A stretch of 64,000 nt of DNA from a virus (taxonomy: Duplodnaviria > Heunggongvirae > Uroviricota > Caudoviricetes). The position numbers and the translations under genes were made by a program. Numbering within the stretch: the stretch's first letter is position 1; each line of letters begins with the position of its first letter. Below the pieces are notes generated by a model, which worked only from the letters and a program-made list of their open reading frames with translations, was not told where the DNA came from and made no database searches. This document shows positions 53,332 through 63,996 of the stretch, one piece after another. Location of the stretch: the IMG/VR virus record IMGVR_UViG_3300020060_000009; one strand, 5' to 3'.

Positions 53332-53998
53332 CTGTAAGGTATATACCGGAGCTGCCGGAACCTGTCTCTGATTCGTTAGGCACAGTTACAGTGGAAAGAA
53401 AGCGCATTACGGTATCAAGCTCATATAGCGCTGCTGGGAGAACTCCATAGGTAGCATCTGTCTCAAGATACGCCATAGCTTGTGGAAAATATCCCAAATT
53501 ATGAGGGTCTCTATGTTTGGTTGTCCCACCAATTCCTAGAGAGATATTGGTTGTACTATCGTTGACAATTTTTAAATAGTTCTCTTCAGAATTAAATATA
53601 ATTTCCGCTATTGTTGGTTGTGGGTCTATTCTGCCCTGATCTGGTTTGGCAATTAGAGCAACTCTATAAAAGACATTAAAAGACACCGGAGAACTAGTCG
53701 TTGAATTTACTGCTGTAAGAGTTAATGACCCAGGAGTTGAACCCCCGTATACAGACACCTCACTCCCTAACACAACAATACTAGTATCATTGTTAAACTT
53801 AAACCATTTAATACCATCTATAGAAAATATACCCTGAAAGAATGTTGACTCTGGTATATTTGTAGTTATAACTTTATTTGTCGATTCGGGCGACCCCCCG
53901 AATGTAGGCGCATTAGCCGTGAAATTTCCGGCGTAAGACCCTATAATTTGATCAATGCCATAACTACTATGAAAATATAGTTTACGGAGATCAACCAT
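53249..53998 (-). CDS. minor tail/baseplate protein (putative)
   Basis: 249 aa, Gly/Thr-rich. Confidence 0.4.
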   Translation of the reverse strand: MVDLRKLYFHSSYGIDQIIGSYAGNFTANAPTFGGSPESTNKVITTNIPESTFFQGIFSIDGIKWFKFNNDTSIVVLGSEVSVYGGSTPGSLTLTAVNSTTSSPVSFNVFYRVALIAKPDQGRIDPQPTIAEIIFNSEENYLKIVNDSTTNISLGIGGTTKHRDPHNLGYFPQAMAYLETDATYGVLPAALYELDTVMRFLSTVTVPNESETGSGSSGIYLTDANTVVSIGAGATAFAGKLYVRTYGDD

Positions 53999-54252
53999 TA
54001 AAGCACCTCAAATACGTCGAATCCTGGCTTGCTAATAACAATTCCAACTGACCCGTCTGGTAAGAGGCCAATAACCATACGATAATTAGTCCCGTCGTGA
54101 AGAATAAGACGGTTATTTCCCTCTTCAAATCTAAGCTGCCCGCTAAGAACAGAGGTAGATTGTTGTCCTGTATATTTCTTCTTTACTTGTATCGCCATTA
54201 TGGTGCCAAAACATCTGTTCCATCCAATGTAGAAGTGTTTAACATAAACCAC
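53998..54252 (-). CDS. hypothetical tail protein
   Basis: 84-aa ORF. Confidence 0.35.
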   Translation of the reverse strand: MVYVKHFYIGWNRCFGTIMAIQVKKKYTGQQSTSVLSGQLRFEEGNNRLILHDGTNYRMVIGLLPDGSVGIVISKPGFDVFEVL

Positions 54253-55763
54253 TCTCTTGGGTTGTAACGCTTAGCTTTTATTATTTGATCAACTCCACCT
54301 GGGTTTATTGAATTGGATATTTTTATTATTTGGAATTGACCAGTTATCTTAGTTGTATCTACCCATATTATATCACCTAGTTGTAGCGCAGGATTACCTT
54401 TAACAGACATTTCGATAATACTATCAAACTGTGAATAGGCATCAATTACGGTATAAGCGAATGATTCACAGTTTGATTCAGAACCAAAAAGATCATTCTC
54501 AATTGGTAATAAATGCTCTCCGTACTCATCAATACTATCTTGATCGAAAGCTTCGTAGTTAATAGTATCAACGATTTTAGCTGGTTCACCATACACCTCA
54601 ATAGCATCTATATACACATCAAAAAGATTGACATTTGTGAAAGTCAAAGTTAAAGTATTAATAGAAATAGACGAATCAGTGACGGATGTACCTGTTATAA
54701 CAGGAGTGCCACCAACCGTTGTAGTCGTAAACCATGAGTCCCCTGATAAGTATCCTAAAGCTGGTTCGCTATACCCAGCAAGTGGGTCTGTAAGTTTTAT
54801 CTGGTATAATCCAGTGCTTCCAGCAGGAATAACAACAGGCTGTGAAAGAGTAGGGCTAGATAATTCACCAGAACCAGCATGGATAGGCTGGAACTGTTGT
54901 ACAGATCTTATATTAGATGTTATTTTTACTCTGTTAATAATTTCAGTATCGCCAGTAGTAGAAATAGTAGAAATGTTTGATTCATTGAATGTAAAAACTG
55001 GGCCATCTACAGGGACAAGACGCTGATCAAATCTAATAACTCCCTGCTCGTCAATCCATAGTTGTCCACCCTCTGCTTGCATAATATCTCTAAACGCATC
55101 AGCAGCACTTTTCCCCTCTTCTAAGAATAGAAACGGGATAACATTTCTTCCGCGCGCGAGAACATATTGGTAAGACTCAATACCAAACTGTTGTAATAAA
55201 GCAGCAAGAGCTTCATCAGTTCTGACATTAGACATAGCGACTGATTCAGAAAGTTCAAGTTTAAAGATTTCATTCAGGTAATCAAGAGATTCGAACTTAG
55301 CAGTTCTTGCAGACTGGTCTAACTCTGGCTTATCTTGGGTTAGACCAACAAACTGTTGCAGCAAAGGCTCATTTTCATATCCAGCAAATAGTTTAGTCGG
55401 CCTACCGGGGATCAAGTATTGGTTAATTGGGCTATTAGTATGGGAAGAGAAATAATTATCAAAGTTATTAAGAACAACACTGGCTGTCGATGACTGCACA
55501 GAGAATGGAAAATCTATTTCTCTGCTCCACTCAAGTGAAATAACTCTATCTGTATAGGCAGTGTAAGAATAAAAGTCCCAGAATTGAATTGGATTATCTC
55601 CAACGGGCGAAAGTACATCTGTTCCATCTAAAGTTGAAGAATCTAGCGTAAAAAATGTTCGAGAATCATCAAATTCCTTATCAAAAGACATAGCAAGAGA
55701 CCATCTGTGTTTACGGATGCCAGCTTGAGACTTTTGATGGAATGATGGTGATACGGCTTGCAT
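54198..55763 (-). CDS. tail-associated protein (Tal-like) / receptor-binding component (putative)
   Basis: 521-aa ORF downstream of the tape measure and distal tail gene. Confidence 0.4.
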   Translation of the reverse strand: MQAVSPSFHQKSQAGIRKHRWSLAMSFDKEFDDSRTFFTLDSSTLDGTDVLSPVGDNPIQFWDFYSYTAYTDRVISLEWSREIDFPFSVQSSTASVVLNNFDNYFSSHTNSPINQYLIPGRPTKLFAGYENEPLLQQFVGLTQDKPELDQSARTAKFESLDYLNEIFKLELSESVAMSNVRTDEALAALLQQFGIESYQYVLARGRNVIPFLFLEEGKSAADAFRDIMQAEGGQLWIDEQGVIRFDQRLVPVDGPVFTFNESNISTISTTGDTEIINRVKITSNIRSVQQFQPIHAGSGELSSPTLSQPVVIPAGSTGLYQIKLTDPLAGYSEPALGYLSGDSWFTTTTVGGTPVITGTSVTDSSISINTLTLTFTNVNLFDVYIDAIEVYGEPAKIVDTINYEAFDQDSIDEYGEHLLPIENDLFGSESNCESFAYTVIDAYSQFDSIIEMSVKGNPALQLGDIIWVDTTKITGQFQIIKISNSINPGGVDQIIKAKRYNPREWFMLNTSTLDGTDVLAP

Positions 55764-56158
55764 TATGAGACGAAGTACCCTGTGGTTGATTGTATTGTTT
55801 CTCGCAGGATGAGTTGTACGTTCTCTACCAACCCAGATTCGTCTGTAATATTTTGGTCATTTAGACTAGCTTTAACAACTACAGAACTTACTCCTAAATC
55901 TACTATGGTTACATCTGGAAACTCCAGATTTGTAAATTGACGATTATAGAAACCTCTTAATGCAGCATAATCTACCGCATTCATGTATCCAAAGTTAATT
56001 GTCCAGCTGCGTTTAGTGTTCAATAGATCAACATAGATATTAAGATCTAATGTTGTCACTTCAGAAGAAGCCTCGATTACCTGTTCAGATAATGGGGTGT
56101 TGGGAGCAGGAGAAGTCCAAGTAGTTGTGCTATCATGTAGTCTTATTTCATATGCCAT
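55763..56158 (-). CDS. distal tail protein (putative)
   Basis: 131-aa ORF immediately after the tape measure gene. Confidence 0.4.
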   Translation of the reverse strand: MAYEIRLHDSTTTWTSPAPNTPLSEQVIEASSEVTTLDLNIYVDLLNTKRSWTINFGYMNAVDYAALRGFYNRQFTNLEFPDVTIVDLGVSSVVVKASLNDQNITDESGLVENVQLILRETIQSTTGYFVS

Positions 56159-59100
56159 TAGAATGTTCCCCTTAATCCTTTAGCGCGGAGTGAATTTTCT
56201 AGTTGTTTACCAATCATTTCCGCTAGTTTTCTCTTTTCTTGTTCACTTGTAGCCAATACACCAGACATATTAATTTCTATGCGAGTAGTTGGTTGATCTT
56301 TAATATTTGTAACAGGAATCATGTCTGGGCCAGCGTTACTTACACCTGTATTATTGCCACCATTAATCTTTGAAGCAAGCTTATCAATCCACTCAGTATT
56401 ATTCTCTAATGGCATAACTGCTTCTGCACCATTTTCGCCGATCTGAGCAAAGGTAGGAGATGTTACAACACCACCTGTAGCAAGACGAGGGAGGTTTACT
56501 TTAGGCAATTTACCAAGCTTTACACCTGGAATCTTGTTAATAAGATCAAGTGCCCCATTAATCAAATCAATAACTGTATTTACGATGCCGGAAACATAGT
56601 TTAAAACCGCATTTACAACGACCTTAAATGCTCCACCAATTGCATCACCAATAGTTGCGCCAATTGACCCGAATATATTAACAATCGAATCCCAAACCCC
56701 ACGGAAGAAGTTTCCTACAGCACCAAATGCACTCTTAATGCTTTCCCAGGCTTTATTGAATATATCACCGAAGAAGCCAGCTACAACACTGAACACATTA
56801 GTAATACCGTTCCAAACATCTTGGAAGAACTGAACTGTAGCGCCAAAGGCATTAGCTATCCCCTCGGCAGCAAATTTAAATATAGCGATATAAGTATCCA
56901 CATAGAACTTGATGACAACACCTATCCCTGCGAATATATCTGAGAAAAATTTACCAATTCCAGCTAGAGCATCGCCAATAAATTTTCCAATGCCTACAAA
57001 TAATTCTTTAATGAAATTGCCAAATCCAGATACTACATCTGTAATAGCTTTCCACACTGCATCCCAGTTTTTAAAGAGTAAAATGGCAATCGCAATAATA
57101 GCAGCAATTGCAACAACAATAAGCGTTAGAGGAAGTGTTGCTAGCCCTATTGAAACTGCACCTGTAACGAATAGAGCAATAATAATACCAAGAATAACCG
57201 CGAATGCAATAAAGAATGGGACTGGATTAGAATTGATAAATTTGCCAATAGCATCGAATGGGTTAGGGAATCCCTCATCGAATTTACCTTGTAGATTCTC
57301 AAATTGTTTTGTCATATCTCCAAGTGTTTTGTCAAAGTCTTCTGTGTTAATCTCGGGAGTGACAACACCACCACCTGCACCAAGGCCACCTAAGTCAGCA
57401 GCAGGAAGACCAGGAAGCCCAGCAATCCCAGCACCAGCAGCAGAGTTATCAGTTAAGACATTCATCTTATCAAATGAAGCCAGATTACCAGTAGCAGCTT
57501 CTGTGGCAGTGCCTACTTGATTAAGTTGGTCTGTAAGGTTACCTAAGCCTCCTGTAGCAGCTTTGTTGCCACTTGAACCTACATTCTTCAATGATTTCTG
57601 TAGAGCGCTTAGAGATCCCCCTAGGCCAGTTGAAGCAGTTTGTGTTTCCTTTGCTTTACTAGAGAATACTCCAAGCATACCAAGAATAATAAGCACCCCA
57701 ACAGCAGCAGCAAGTAACGGTACTAATGCAGCCTGTAGAAACAAAGCGCCACGGGCAGCGAAGCTTAGACTTGTGCCAGCAGCCAGAGAAGCCTCTGCCA
57801 TACCGATCATTGTGACCGCAGCCATATTAGTTGTGAAAGCCAATATCTCTTGAGAACCAGCGGTCGCTATTGAAGCAGAACCTTGGCGGATAAGAGCTTG
57901 TGCAGCAGCATTACTCGCAATAGTTAGTACATAGGATAGGCCAATATAAGTGGCAATCGCAACTCCGATAATAATAAATGCGCTACCAAGTGGCCCACGG
58001 ATAATTGAACCAAGTATTACTAGCCCACCAGCGACAAGCAAGGCAATAGAAGCAACTGCTCCTAGAGCACCTACCATAACAATCGCCTGTTCAATGAAGT
58101 TGAATATTGTAACTGCTAGCACACGAACAGCTAGGTATAATTGAGAGAAGTAACTTACAACAGGGCGAATCACCAAAGCAGATGCTAAGAAGTTAACAAT
58201 CATTTGTTGTACTACAGGGTTTAGGCTGGAAATAACTTGCAAGATAGAAAAGAATGAGCTCAAAGCTTCACCAACTACATTTGCAACCGTCTTAATCGTA
58301 AGAGCTGTGAACTGAAATAGAGCTGCAAGTTGAGCTTGACCTTTTGCGCTGTTTACCCAGGCGGTCATTTGATTTACAATTCCTGTAATTGTTGCAATAA
58401 GAGATGTACCACTAGCCACAGATGTACGGAATACTGATGTCAAAAAGCTGAATACTGATCCAACAAGACTGCCGATTTGTTGCAATGCCACAATACCTTG
58501 CTGGATTGCCAAGTTAAGAGAAGCTTGGCCTCTTGCACTACTTAGATATGCAGCACCTGCATTTGTTAGATCAACTATAAATTGAGATAGTAATTGAACA
58601 TATGGAGCTGTAATAGTGTATAAGTTACTAAATATAGTTAGAAGAGGGGCAAGCGCACCGGATAATGTGTCTACAGTACGAGCAGTATCATTAAAGATTT
58701 GACCTAATAAACCACTAAAAGCAGGGCTGCCTGCGAGTTCAGCAGCTTGATTAAAGGCGCGATTCATGCTTTGTCCGATTATCTGAAAACCTGCATTAAC
58801 TGTAGGGAGAACATTAGCACCCAATTGTAGAAGCGTATCGCCAATTCCGGCTAATAATGCTTGCTGAGTATTGAGTTTAATGCTATTTAAAGCTTTATTA
58901 AGGCCACCAATAGCGAATGCGACTGATGTTGCTGCGGGGCCAAGGTTCTGTAGTGATTCTTGGAATGCTTTACCATCATTCTTGCCAATAGCTTTGAAAG
59001 CTTCGCCAAGACCAGATACACCAGTCTTAAAGGCTGTTGAAGCAGCTATACCCTGCGCGAGAACAGGCACAAGAACCGAAATAGAGCTTCCGGCAGCAGC

Positions 59101-59397
59101 CAAAGCCCCGGATAGCTCTAAAAACGCCCCTGAAAGCGCTGTTACACCAACAATTGCTGTTGTTGTATTAAATGCTTGGAATGCAACACCAAAGTTACGG
59201 ATTGACGAAGCAGCAGTTTGCGCATTAGCACGTATATCTTTGAAGTTATTTTCAGAGCTCTTAGATGTCTTAGAAAGAGAACGATTAATTCTTGTACCAG
59301 CAGCATCTGCTTGTGCAGCAGCGGAAACCATACCTCTAGAAAAGCCAGAGGTATCAGCGTCGATAATATATTTTACTGTTTCGCCTTTGCCTGCCAT
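56158..59397 (-). CDS. tail tape measure protein
   Basis: 1079 aa. Extensive Ala/Gly/Leu low-complexity, multiple TM-like hydrophobic stretches and a long predicted helical character. Located between the chaperone pair and distal tail genes. Confidence 0.8.
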   Translation of the reverse strand: MAGKGETVKYIIDADTSGFSRGMVSAAAQADAAGTRINRSLSKTSKSSENNFKDIRANAQTAASSIRNFGVAFQAFNTTTAIVGVTALSGAFLELSGALAAAGSSISVLVPVLAQGIAASTAFKTGVSGLGEAFKAIGKNDGKAFQESLQNLGPAATSVAFAIGGLNKALNSIKLNTQQALLAGIGDTLLQLGANVLPTVNAGFQIIGQSMNRAFNQAAELAGSPAFSGLLGQIFNDTARTVDTLSGALAPLLTIFSNLYTITAPYVQLLSQFIVDLTNAGAAYLSSARGQASLNLAIQQGIVALQQIGSLVGSVFSFLTSVFRTSVASGTSLIATITGIVNQMTAWVNSAKGQAQLAALFQFTALTIKTVANVVGEALSSFFSILQVISSLNPVVQQMIVNFLASALVIRPVVSYFSQLYLAVRVLAVTIFNFIEQAIVMVGALGAVASIALLVAGGLVILGSIIRGPLGSAFIIIGVAIATYIGLSYVLTIASNAAAQALIRQGSASIATAGSQEILAFTTNMAAVTMIGMAEASLAAGTSLSFAARGALFLQAALVPLLAAAVGVLIILGMLGVFSSKAKETQTASTGLGGSLSALQKSLKNVGSSGNKAATGGLGNLTDQLNQVGTATEAATGNLASFDKMNVLTDNSAAGAGIAGLPGLPAADLGGLGAGGGVVTPEINTEDFDKTLGDMTKQFENLQGKFDEGFPNPFDAIGKFINSNPVPFFIAFAVILGIIIALFVTGAVSIGLATLPLTLIVVAIAAIIAIAILLFKNWDAVWKAITDVVSGFGNFIKELFVGIGKFIGDALAGIGKFFSDIFAGIGVVIKFYVDTYIAIFKFAAEGIANAFGATVQFFQDVWNGITNVFSVVAGFFGDIFNKAWESIKSAFGAVGNFFRGVWDSIVNIFGSIGATIGDAIGGAFKVVVNAVLNYVSGIVNTVIDLINGALDLINKIPGVKLGKLPKVNLPRLATGGVVTSPTFAQIGENGAEAVMPLENNTEWIDKLASKINGGNNTGVSNAGPDMIPVTNIKDQPTTRIEINMSGVLATSEQEKRKLAEMIGKQLENSLRAKGLRGTF

Positions 59398-59399
59398 TG

Positions 59400-59705
59400 T
59401 TATTTCTCGAGTATCTTTCTAAAATGTTCCATGAGTGATTTAACACCCTTACCGTCTTTACTATGAGGAGCAGATGCAATCATTGTCAGATTATATAAAT
59501 GTGCTGCTTCTATTTGACTTGCTGTTTGAAGTAAAAGTGCAACATCTCTATAAGGCATTGCCTCTACATCTTCAAGTTTGTACTGCGGAAAGTGATAACA
59601 CACAGTAGCATAGAGAATACGATTCTCGCCAAACGCTGGGTTAGTAGACTCAACCTTTGCTTGATGGACAGACTGAACTTCAACAGTTCTGCCTTCCGTT
59701 TCCAT
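59400..59705 (-). CDS. tail assembly chaperone, downstream frame (gpT-like)
   Basis: 101-aa ORF directly after 59710..60045, in a different frame, preceding the tape measure. Confidence 0.45.
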   Translation of the reverse strand: METEGRTVEVQSVHQAKVESTNPAFGENRILYATVCYHFPQYKLEDVEAMPYRDVALLLQTASQIEAAHLYNLTMIASAPHSKDGKGVKSLMEHFRKILEK

Positions 59706-59709
59706 GAAA

Positions 59710-60045
59710 CTATCCTAGATTGATTTCTTTAGACATCATGCTACGGAAGTCACGAACTACATTAATAGGTTGGTCTTCAAGGACTTCGCTAATAGTGTTT
59801 TCGTGTCCAACTGGTGTAACAAGTGCATTCATTTTTGCTTCGCTTGCATCGCTCTGCTTTTTGATGACTTTTTCATCAGCTTTTTCTTCTACAAGCTTTT
59901 GTAACTCTTGATTCATTTTACTGAGCTCGCGCATTTCGCGAGTAGTCGGGTAACGGAAAGAATAGACAAGGTCGCCTAGCGAAAATGTGAATGCTTTTTT
60001 AGTGTTATCTGTACCTAATTGATATTGTACTGGTGCGTTTTCCAT
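59710..60045 (-). CDS. tail assembly chaperone (gpG-like)
   Basis: 111 aa, acidic, between the major tail protein and the tape measure. Confidence 0.5.
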   Translation of the reverse strand: MENAPVQYQLGTDNTKKAFTFSLGDLVYSFRYPTTREMRELSKMNQELQKLVEEKADEKVIKKQSDASEAKMNALVTPVGHENTISEVLEDQPINVVRDFRSMMSKEINLG

Positions 60046-60203
60046 ATTAATTGTCTCCTGTGGACTTAATGGTTCTATATATGCTCTGTGAGCTGTTCTA
60101 AGCCGTTCTAAGGCGTGTTAGGCGCGAAGTAGGGAACTTGTCCCCCTCCGCTACCAAAGGCGCTTAAAATGGCTGTTTTTGCATGTTTATTTTTTAAGGG
60201 GTA

Positions 60204-60710
60204 CTAGCTGATTGAATCAGTTGAAGATGTGAACACCTGTACTGCTGCATCTTGGCTTGCTGGCTCACCAACGAACTTAACTGTGAACGTAAGAACTGTA
60301 GAGTCCTGTAGATCAATTGAGTCAATTGTTGAACGGGCATTTACTAGACGCACAACTGTAGCGTTTGTACCACAGCTAATGATGTCTAGGTTATTATAAA
60401 CAGGAGTAGTGTTACAGCTTGCTGCTACGATGTCAATCGCACCAGTTGAGTTAGCTACTATTTCACCTGTAGACATTGTTCCGCCTTGTGGAACAAAGTA
60501 CTGTGGGAGTACAACCGCTAGAGCAGCTACATCACTTCGTAGAAGTTGTAGCGATACAGAAGCTGAAATTGCACCCTCAATTGTAATTTTGTTACCGTCA
60601 ATAGTGGTGTAGTCGTTTGAGTCTACGCTGTAATCGAATGAGTAGTCTTGCACGTTTGATAGTGTGTTGCTTCCCCATTTTACAATGAATGGACCTTTTA
60701 ATGTTGCCAT
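60204..60710 (-). CDS. major tail protein (siphovirus-type)
   Basis: 168 aa. Ser/Thr/Val-rich beta-sandwich-like composition, upstream of the chaperone pair. No sheath gene. Confidence 0.55.
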   Translation of the reverse strand: MATLKGPFIVKWGSNTLSNVQDYSFDYSVDSNDYTTIDGNKITIEGAISASVSLQLLRSDVAALAVVLPQYFVPQGGTMSTGEIVANSTGAIDIVAASCNTTPVYNNLDIISCGTNATVVRLVNARSTIDSIDLQDSTVLTFTVKFVGEPASQDAAVQVFTSSTDSIS

Positions 60711-60732
60711 TTTTATTTCCTTTTTCTTTTAT

Positions 60733-61134
60733 TTAACTAACATATATTTGAATCGCTACAACAAATGAACCTTGGCGACGATTTTCGGCATCTCTGTCGT
60801 TATCTTCTGGCATGGATGCTTCGATTGAATAGAGATCGAAACCATCTATTGCGAATATACCACGCGCATTCACTTGTTGGTTAAGAGCGAACAGATTATG
60901 CTCGACTACTTCACCGGATTTGTTTCGGTAGAATATCTGTGTGCTGAATTGCTGTATACTCTCCCGAGTAACATTCAACTGAGTGACATCTCCTCCTGCT
61001 GTGACAATCCAATAGGCATTATCAGGGGCGGTATCTGGTATTTGATTCAGATAGATATCTGTGCCAAACGTACCGTAACTGTTGTCTTCCATCCATTTAA
61101 TGAATGATTCTGAAACTGTCGTTGGAGTTATCAT
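60733..61134 (-). CDS. tail completion / tail terminator protein (putative)
   Basis: 133-aa ORF between the head-tail genes and the major tail protein. Confidence 0.4.
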   Translation of the reverse strand: MITPTTVSESFIKWMEDNSYGTFGTDIYLNQIPDTAPDNAYWIVTAGGDVTQLNVTRESIQQFSTQIFYRNKSGEVVEHNLFALNQQVNARGIFAIDGFDLYSIEASMPEDNDRDAENRRQGSFVVAIQIYVS

Positions 61135-61550
61135 ATCTTTTTACCGAAATACTTCTTAGAACTTGATGTTACTTTTTTTACAGATTCCTCTGCAAAGTGT
61201 GCCTTCGTACCTGGAGTTGTGTACCGCTTTACGGGGCCACTTGTATAACCACGCTCTTGATACCATGCATAGGGTCTTGCCCACTCGATTACACCTCTTA
61301 CTCTATCACCTAGACGAGATACGGATTTCTTCACATCTCCTCGTAAGTCACCTGTGAGCATAGGAGTAATTGGGCGAGAGGTTCTATGGATGTCCTCGAT
61401 CAACTGTCTCATTCCGGTTTGAGCTTGGAGTTGGACTTTAGCGGTTTTTCCTCTAAAGTCGAAGTTTCCTTGCTTCTTCACCTTGATTCTGATAGTTGGC
61501 ATCTTATGCTCCTGTTGGGTCGGCAGCCACTTGTAGGTTGACCAGCACAT
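61131..61550 (-). CDS. head-tail joining protein (putative)
   Basis: 139-aa basic ORF. Confidence 0.4.
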   Translation of the reverse strand: MCWSTYKWLPTQQEHKMPTIRIKVKKQGNFDFRGKTAKVQLQAQTGMRQLIEDIHRTSRPITPMLTGDLRGDVKKSVSRLGDRVRGVIEWARPYAWYQERGYTSGPVKRYTTPGTKAHFAEESVKKVTSSSKKYFGKKI

Positions 61551-61875
61551 TGTTTACTTCATTGGTTAGAAGCTTTCTCTGTGCGACCTCTACTGTAGTT
61601 ATTATATACCAGTGGTCAATTCCGAAGACGTTAGTCTTGAAATACAGACCCTGTAGCATATAGCCTAAACCTTTAATGAAAGCATTATTTACATCTAAGT
61701 ATGCATAGGCATCAGATTGCGTTAGCTCCTGGTTCGAGTCTTGCTCTTGTGAGAACGAGTCAAAGAAGGCGCAGGCAATTTCGTTTTCCTCTGTTATAGT
61801 AACATCACCATACCCATTTTTAGTGAGAGAGGTGATGTAGGCTATATCAGGAGTTTTTACTGGGCGATTAGACAT
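61504..61875 (-). CDS. head-tail adaptor (putative)
   Basis: 123-aa ORF. Confidence 0.4.
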   Translation of the reverse strand: MSNRPVKTPDIAYITSLTKNGYGDVTITEENEIACAFFDSFSQEQDSNQELTQSDAYAYLDVNNAFIKGLGYMLQGLYFKTNVFGIDHWYIITTVEVAQRKLLTNEVNNVLVNLQVAADPTGA

Positions 61876-62633
61876 TACGCAGGGTTCCTAGAGGCAGCAG
61901 TGCCATTTGGCCCAGCATATTGACTAAGGATTTTACTCCCTCCAACAGATTCATCAGGAGAAAGATCTTCACCTTTTCCTCCGCCAGAATTAGTTCTAGA
62001 CCAACTATGACCATTTACTGATTCAGATTTTATACTACCCGATACCGAGTAATTGTCGTCTGAATAATAAGTCACCATATCTGCCCAAAGGTAAGCAAGA
62101 TCACTTGGCATATTAGTGCAATCAAGCCAATCAGCATCAACTGCGACCATAAGCCCGTTTCCGCTTCCAACTTTTCTAACTAACCAACTATACCAGCCCC
62201 AATTGAACCAAGTGGTTGACTTCTGAATCCATTTGCTGAACTTTCGAGCATTCTTGCTAGTAAAGTCGTCCAAGTCCCAAATAGTAACGAACTCGTCATC
62301 ATTTTGGGCTTGTACCAATTTTACATGGTAGATATTACGAGCAGGGTCTGTCTTAATGTAAGGGTCAATATCGTTGTAGTAAAACAAGCGATAGTCGCCT
62401 TCTTGTTCGTCAGCCGGAAGAAGTGTTTCTTGAGTCACAGGGTAGTAAGGATACGCACCCTGAAATTGTACTTTTCCAAGTTCTTGTTTGTCAAGGTTCT
62501 TGTTTTGGGAGAGAGAGTAACCTAGCGCTGATTCTAGCAGGACGTTACTTCTACGAATGGTAGCGTTTACACGCACCTTATCCGCTTCGGCAACAGTTGT
62601 ACCTGTTAGTTCTTCATATTTAGCTAGGTCCAC
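61875..62633 (-). CDS. head-tail connector-associated / head completion protein (putative)
   Basis: 252-aa ORF immediately downstream of the capsid gene. Confidence 0.35.
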   Translation of the reverse strand: MDLAKYEELTGTTVAEADKVRVNATIRRSNVLLESALGYSLSQNKNLDKQELGKVQFQGAYPYYPVTQETLLPADEQEGDYRLFYYNDIDPYIKTDPARNIYHVKLVQAQNDDEFVTIWDLDDFTSKNARKFSKWIQKSTTWFNWGWYSWLVRKVGSGNGLMVAVDADWLDCTNMPSDLAYLWADMVTYYSDDNYSVSGSIKSESVNGHSWSRTNSGGGKGEDLSPDESVGGSKILSQYAGPNGTAASRNPA

Positions 62634-62709
62634 TCTAGTTCCCTTTTTGTTTTAGTTTCTATGTTGTACCCCTGCCCAGAAGACAGGGGTAAGTTCATGC
62701 TAATTTCGA

Positions 62710-63996
62710 CTAGGAAACAGCAACGCTTGCGATAGCAGCAATCAGACGGACGTCTCTTACTACACCACCACGTTTGAATGAACCACGAAGCACGATTTCG
62801 TTACGTTGGAAGGCTGAGTAAGTCTTACCACCGATTTCGTATGAAGCAGAACCATCAACGTCGTACTTTAGGCCACCAGACACACGACCTGTGAAGGTAG
62901 ATAGGTCACCGTAGAATACAGCAGTTGTGATAGTCACAGCTTGTCCGTAGACCATGAATGAACGTGTCTCAGTAGTGTTAATAGTAGGTAGGATGTCGTT
63001 AGGTACAACTACGAATGGAGTTCCGAAGATTGTTCCCTGTGATACTTCCTGTAGAACAGCAGCGTTGTTTGTAGAAACAGCCTGACCGATCAAGAAAGCC
63101 TTTGTCTTGTTGTTGAATACAAGAGTACCTGTGCTTGTTGCATCAGATGCAAGAGCTACAGTTTGTGCCCAACCTAGTAGACCATCAGATAGGTCCATTG
63201 TGTGAACTTGTCCGTTGCCGTTAACAGCTTGCTGTAGACGAGCTACAACTAGTTGTGCGCGCTTACGGTCATAGTCTGAACGGTAACCTTCTGCAACGTC
63301 AGCAAGGATATCAGCAGCAGCGTGTTGGATAACGTTGATAGAGATAGGTGTGATAGCAGCGATCTCTTCTAGTTTGTCCATGTGTGCGCCGTAACCAGGG
63401 ATGCTTACAGGCTTCAAACGAGCGTTAGTAGGTTGACCAAGAACTTCACCGTCAAGTGTGTCTGGAGATTCAACATCACCTAGAGCACCCATTGCAACTG
63501 ATTGCATGTCGATGTCAGAGTCACGTGTTAACCAACCAAACTCAAGAGAGCTAGTTTCTTTCCAAGTTGTGATATTCAATAGAGCAGTGTAGTCGTTACG
63601 CTTGTTAGCGATCTCTGTGTAAAGCTCAGGAGCAATAACGAAGTTACCTAGGTCTTCAAGAGTAAGGGAGTTTTTAACAATCTTAGCTTCTTTAAGAGCA
63701 TTTAGGTTCTTTACGTTGATTGCGTTAAGAGTTTTAGCACCTTCAACACTGTTCATACGTTCTACTAGTACAGCAGCATTTAACTGCATACCGAATAGTT
63801 CTTCTGCTGATAGTTCATCAAGTGCGTCGCTTTTAGCTTTTTCAGCTTCGGCAATAGCACGGAACTCAGGAGCTTGAGCAGATTTGTCAAGGGCGTTCTT
63901 AGCGTCAGCTTTAGCTGTTGCTAGTTCTTCTTGAATAGGCTTAAGAGCAGCAGCGATGGCATTAGCAATAACTTCTGCTTGTTCTTCTTTAGTCAT
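62710..63996 (-). CDS. major capsid protein (HK97-like with N-terminal scaffold-like coiled coil)
   Basis: 428 aa. The N-terminal ~110 aa are Ala/Glu/Lys-rich coiled coil, as in HK97-type delta domains. The remainder has mixed alpha/beta composition. Sits at the head of the structural operon. Confidence 0.55.
   Translation of the reverse strand: MTKEEQAEVIANAIAAALKPIQEELATAKADAKNALDKSAQAPEFRAIAEAEKAKSDALDELSAEELFGMQLNAAVLVERMNSVEGAKTLNAINVKNLNALKEAKIVKNSLTLEDLGNFVIAPELYTEIANKRNDYTALLNITTWKETSSLEFGWLTRDSDIDMQSVAMGALGDVESPDTLDGEVLGQPTNARLKPVSIPGYGAHMDKLEEIAAITPISINVIQHAAADILADVAEGYRSDYDRKRAQLVVARLQQAVNGNGQVHTMDLSDGLLGWAQTVALASDATSTGTLVFNNKTKAFLIGQAVSTNNAAVLQEVSQGTIFGTPFVVVPNDILPTINTTETRSFMVYGQAVTITTAVFYGDLSTFTGRVSGGLKYDVDGSASYEIGGKTYSAFQRNEIVLRGSFKRGGVVRDVRLIAAIASVAVS

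Noticed and set aside
56909-59466. Plus-strand ORFs inside the tape measure gene (e.g. 56909..57520, 58871..59422)
   Set aside because: They are antisense to a 1079-aa gene with strong coding character; the Ala/Pro-rich translations come from the GC-skewed antisense strand.
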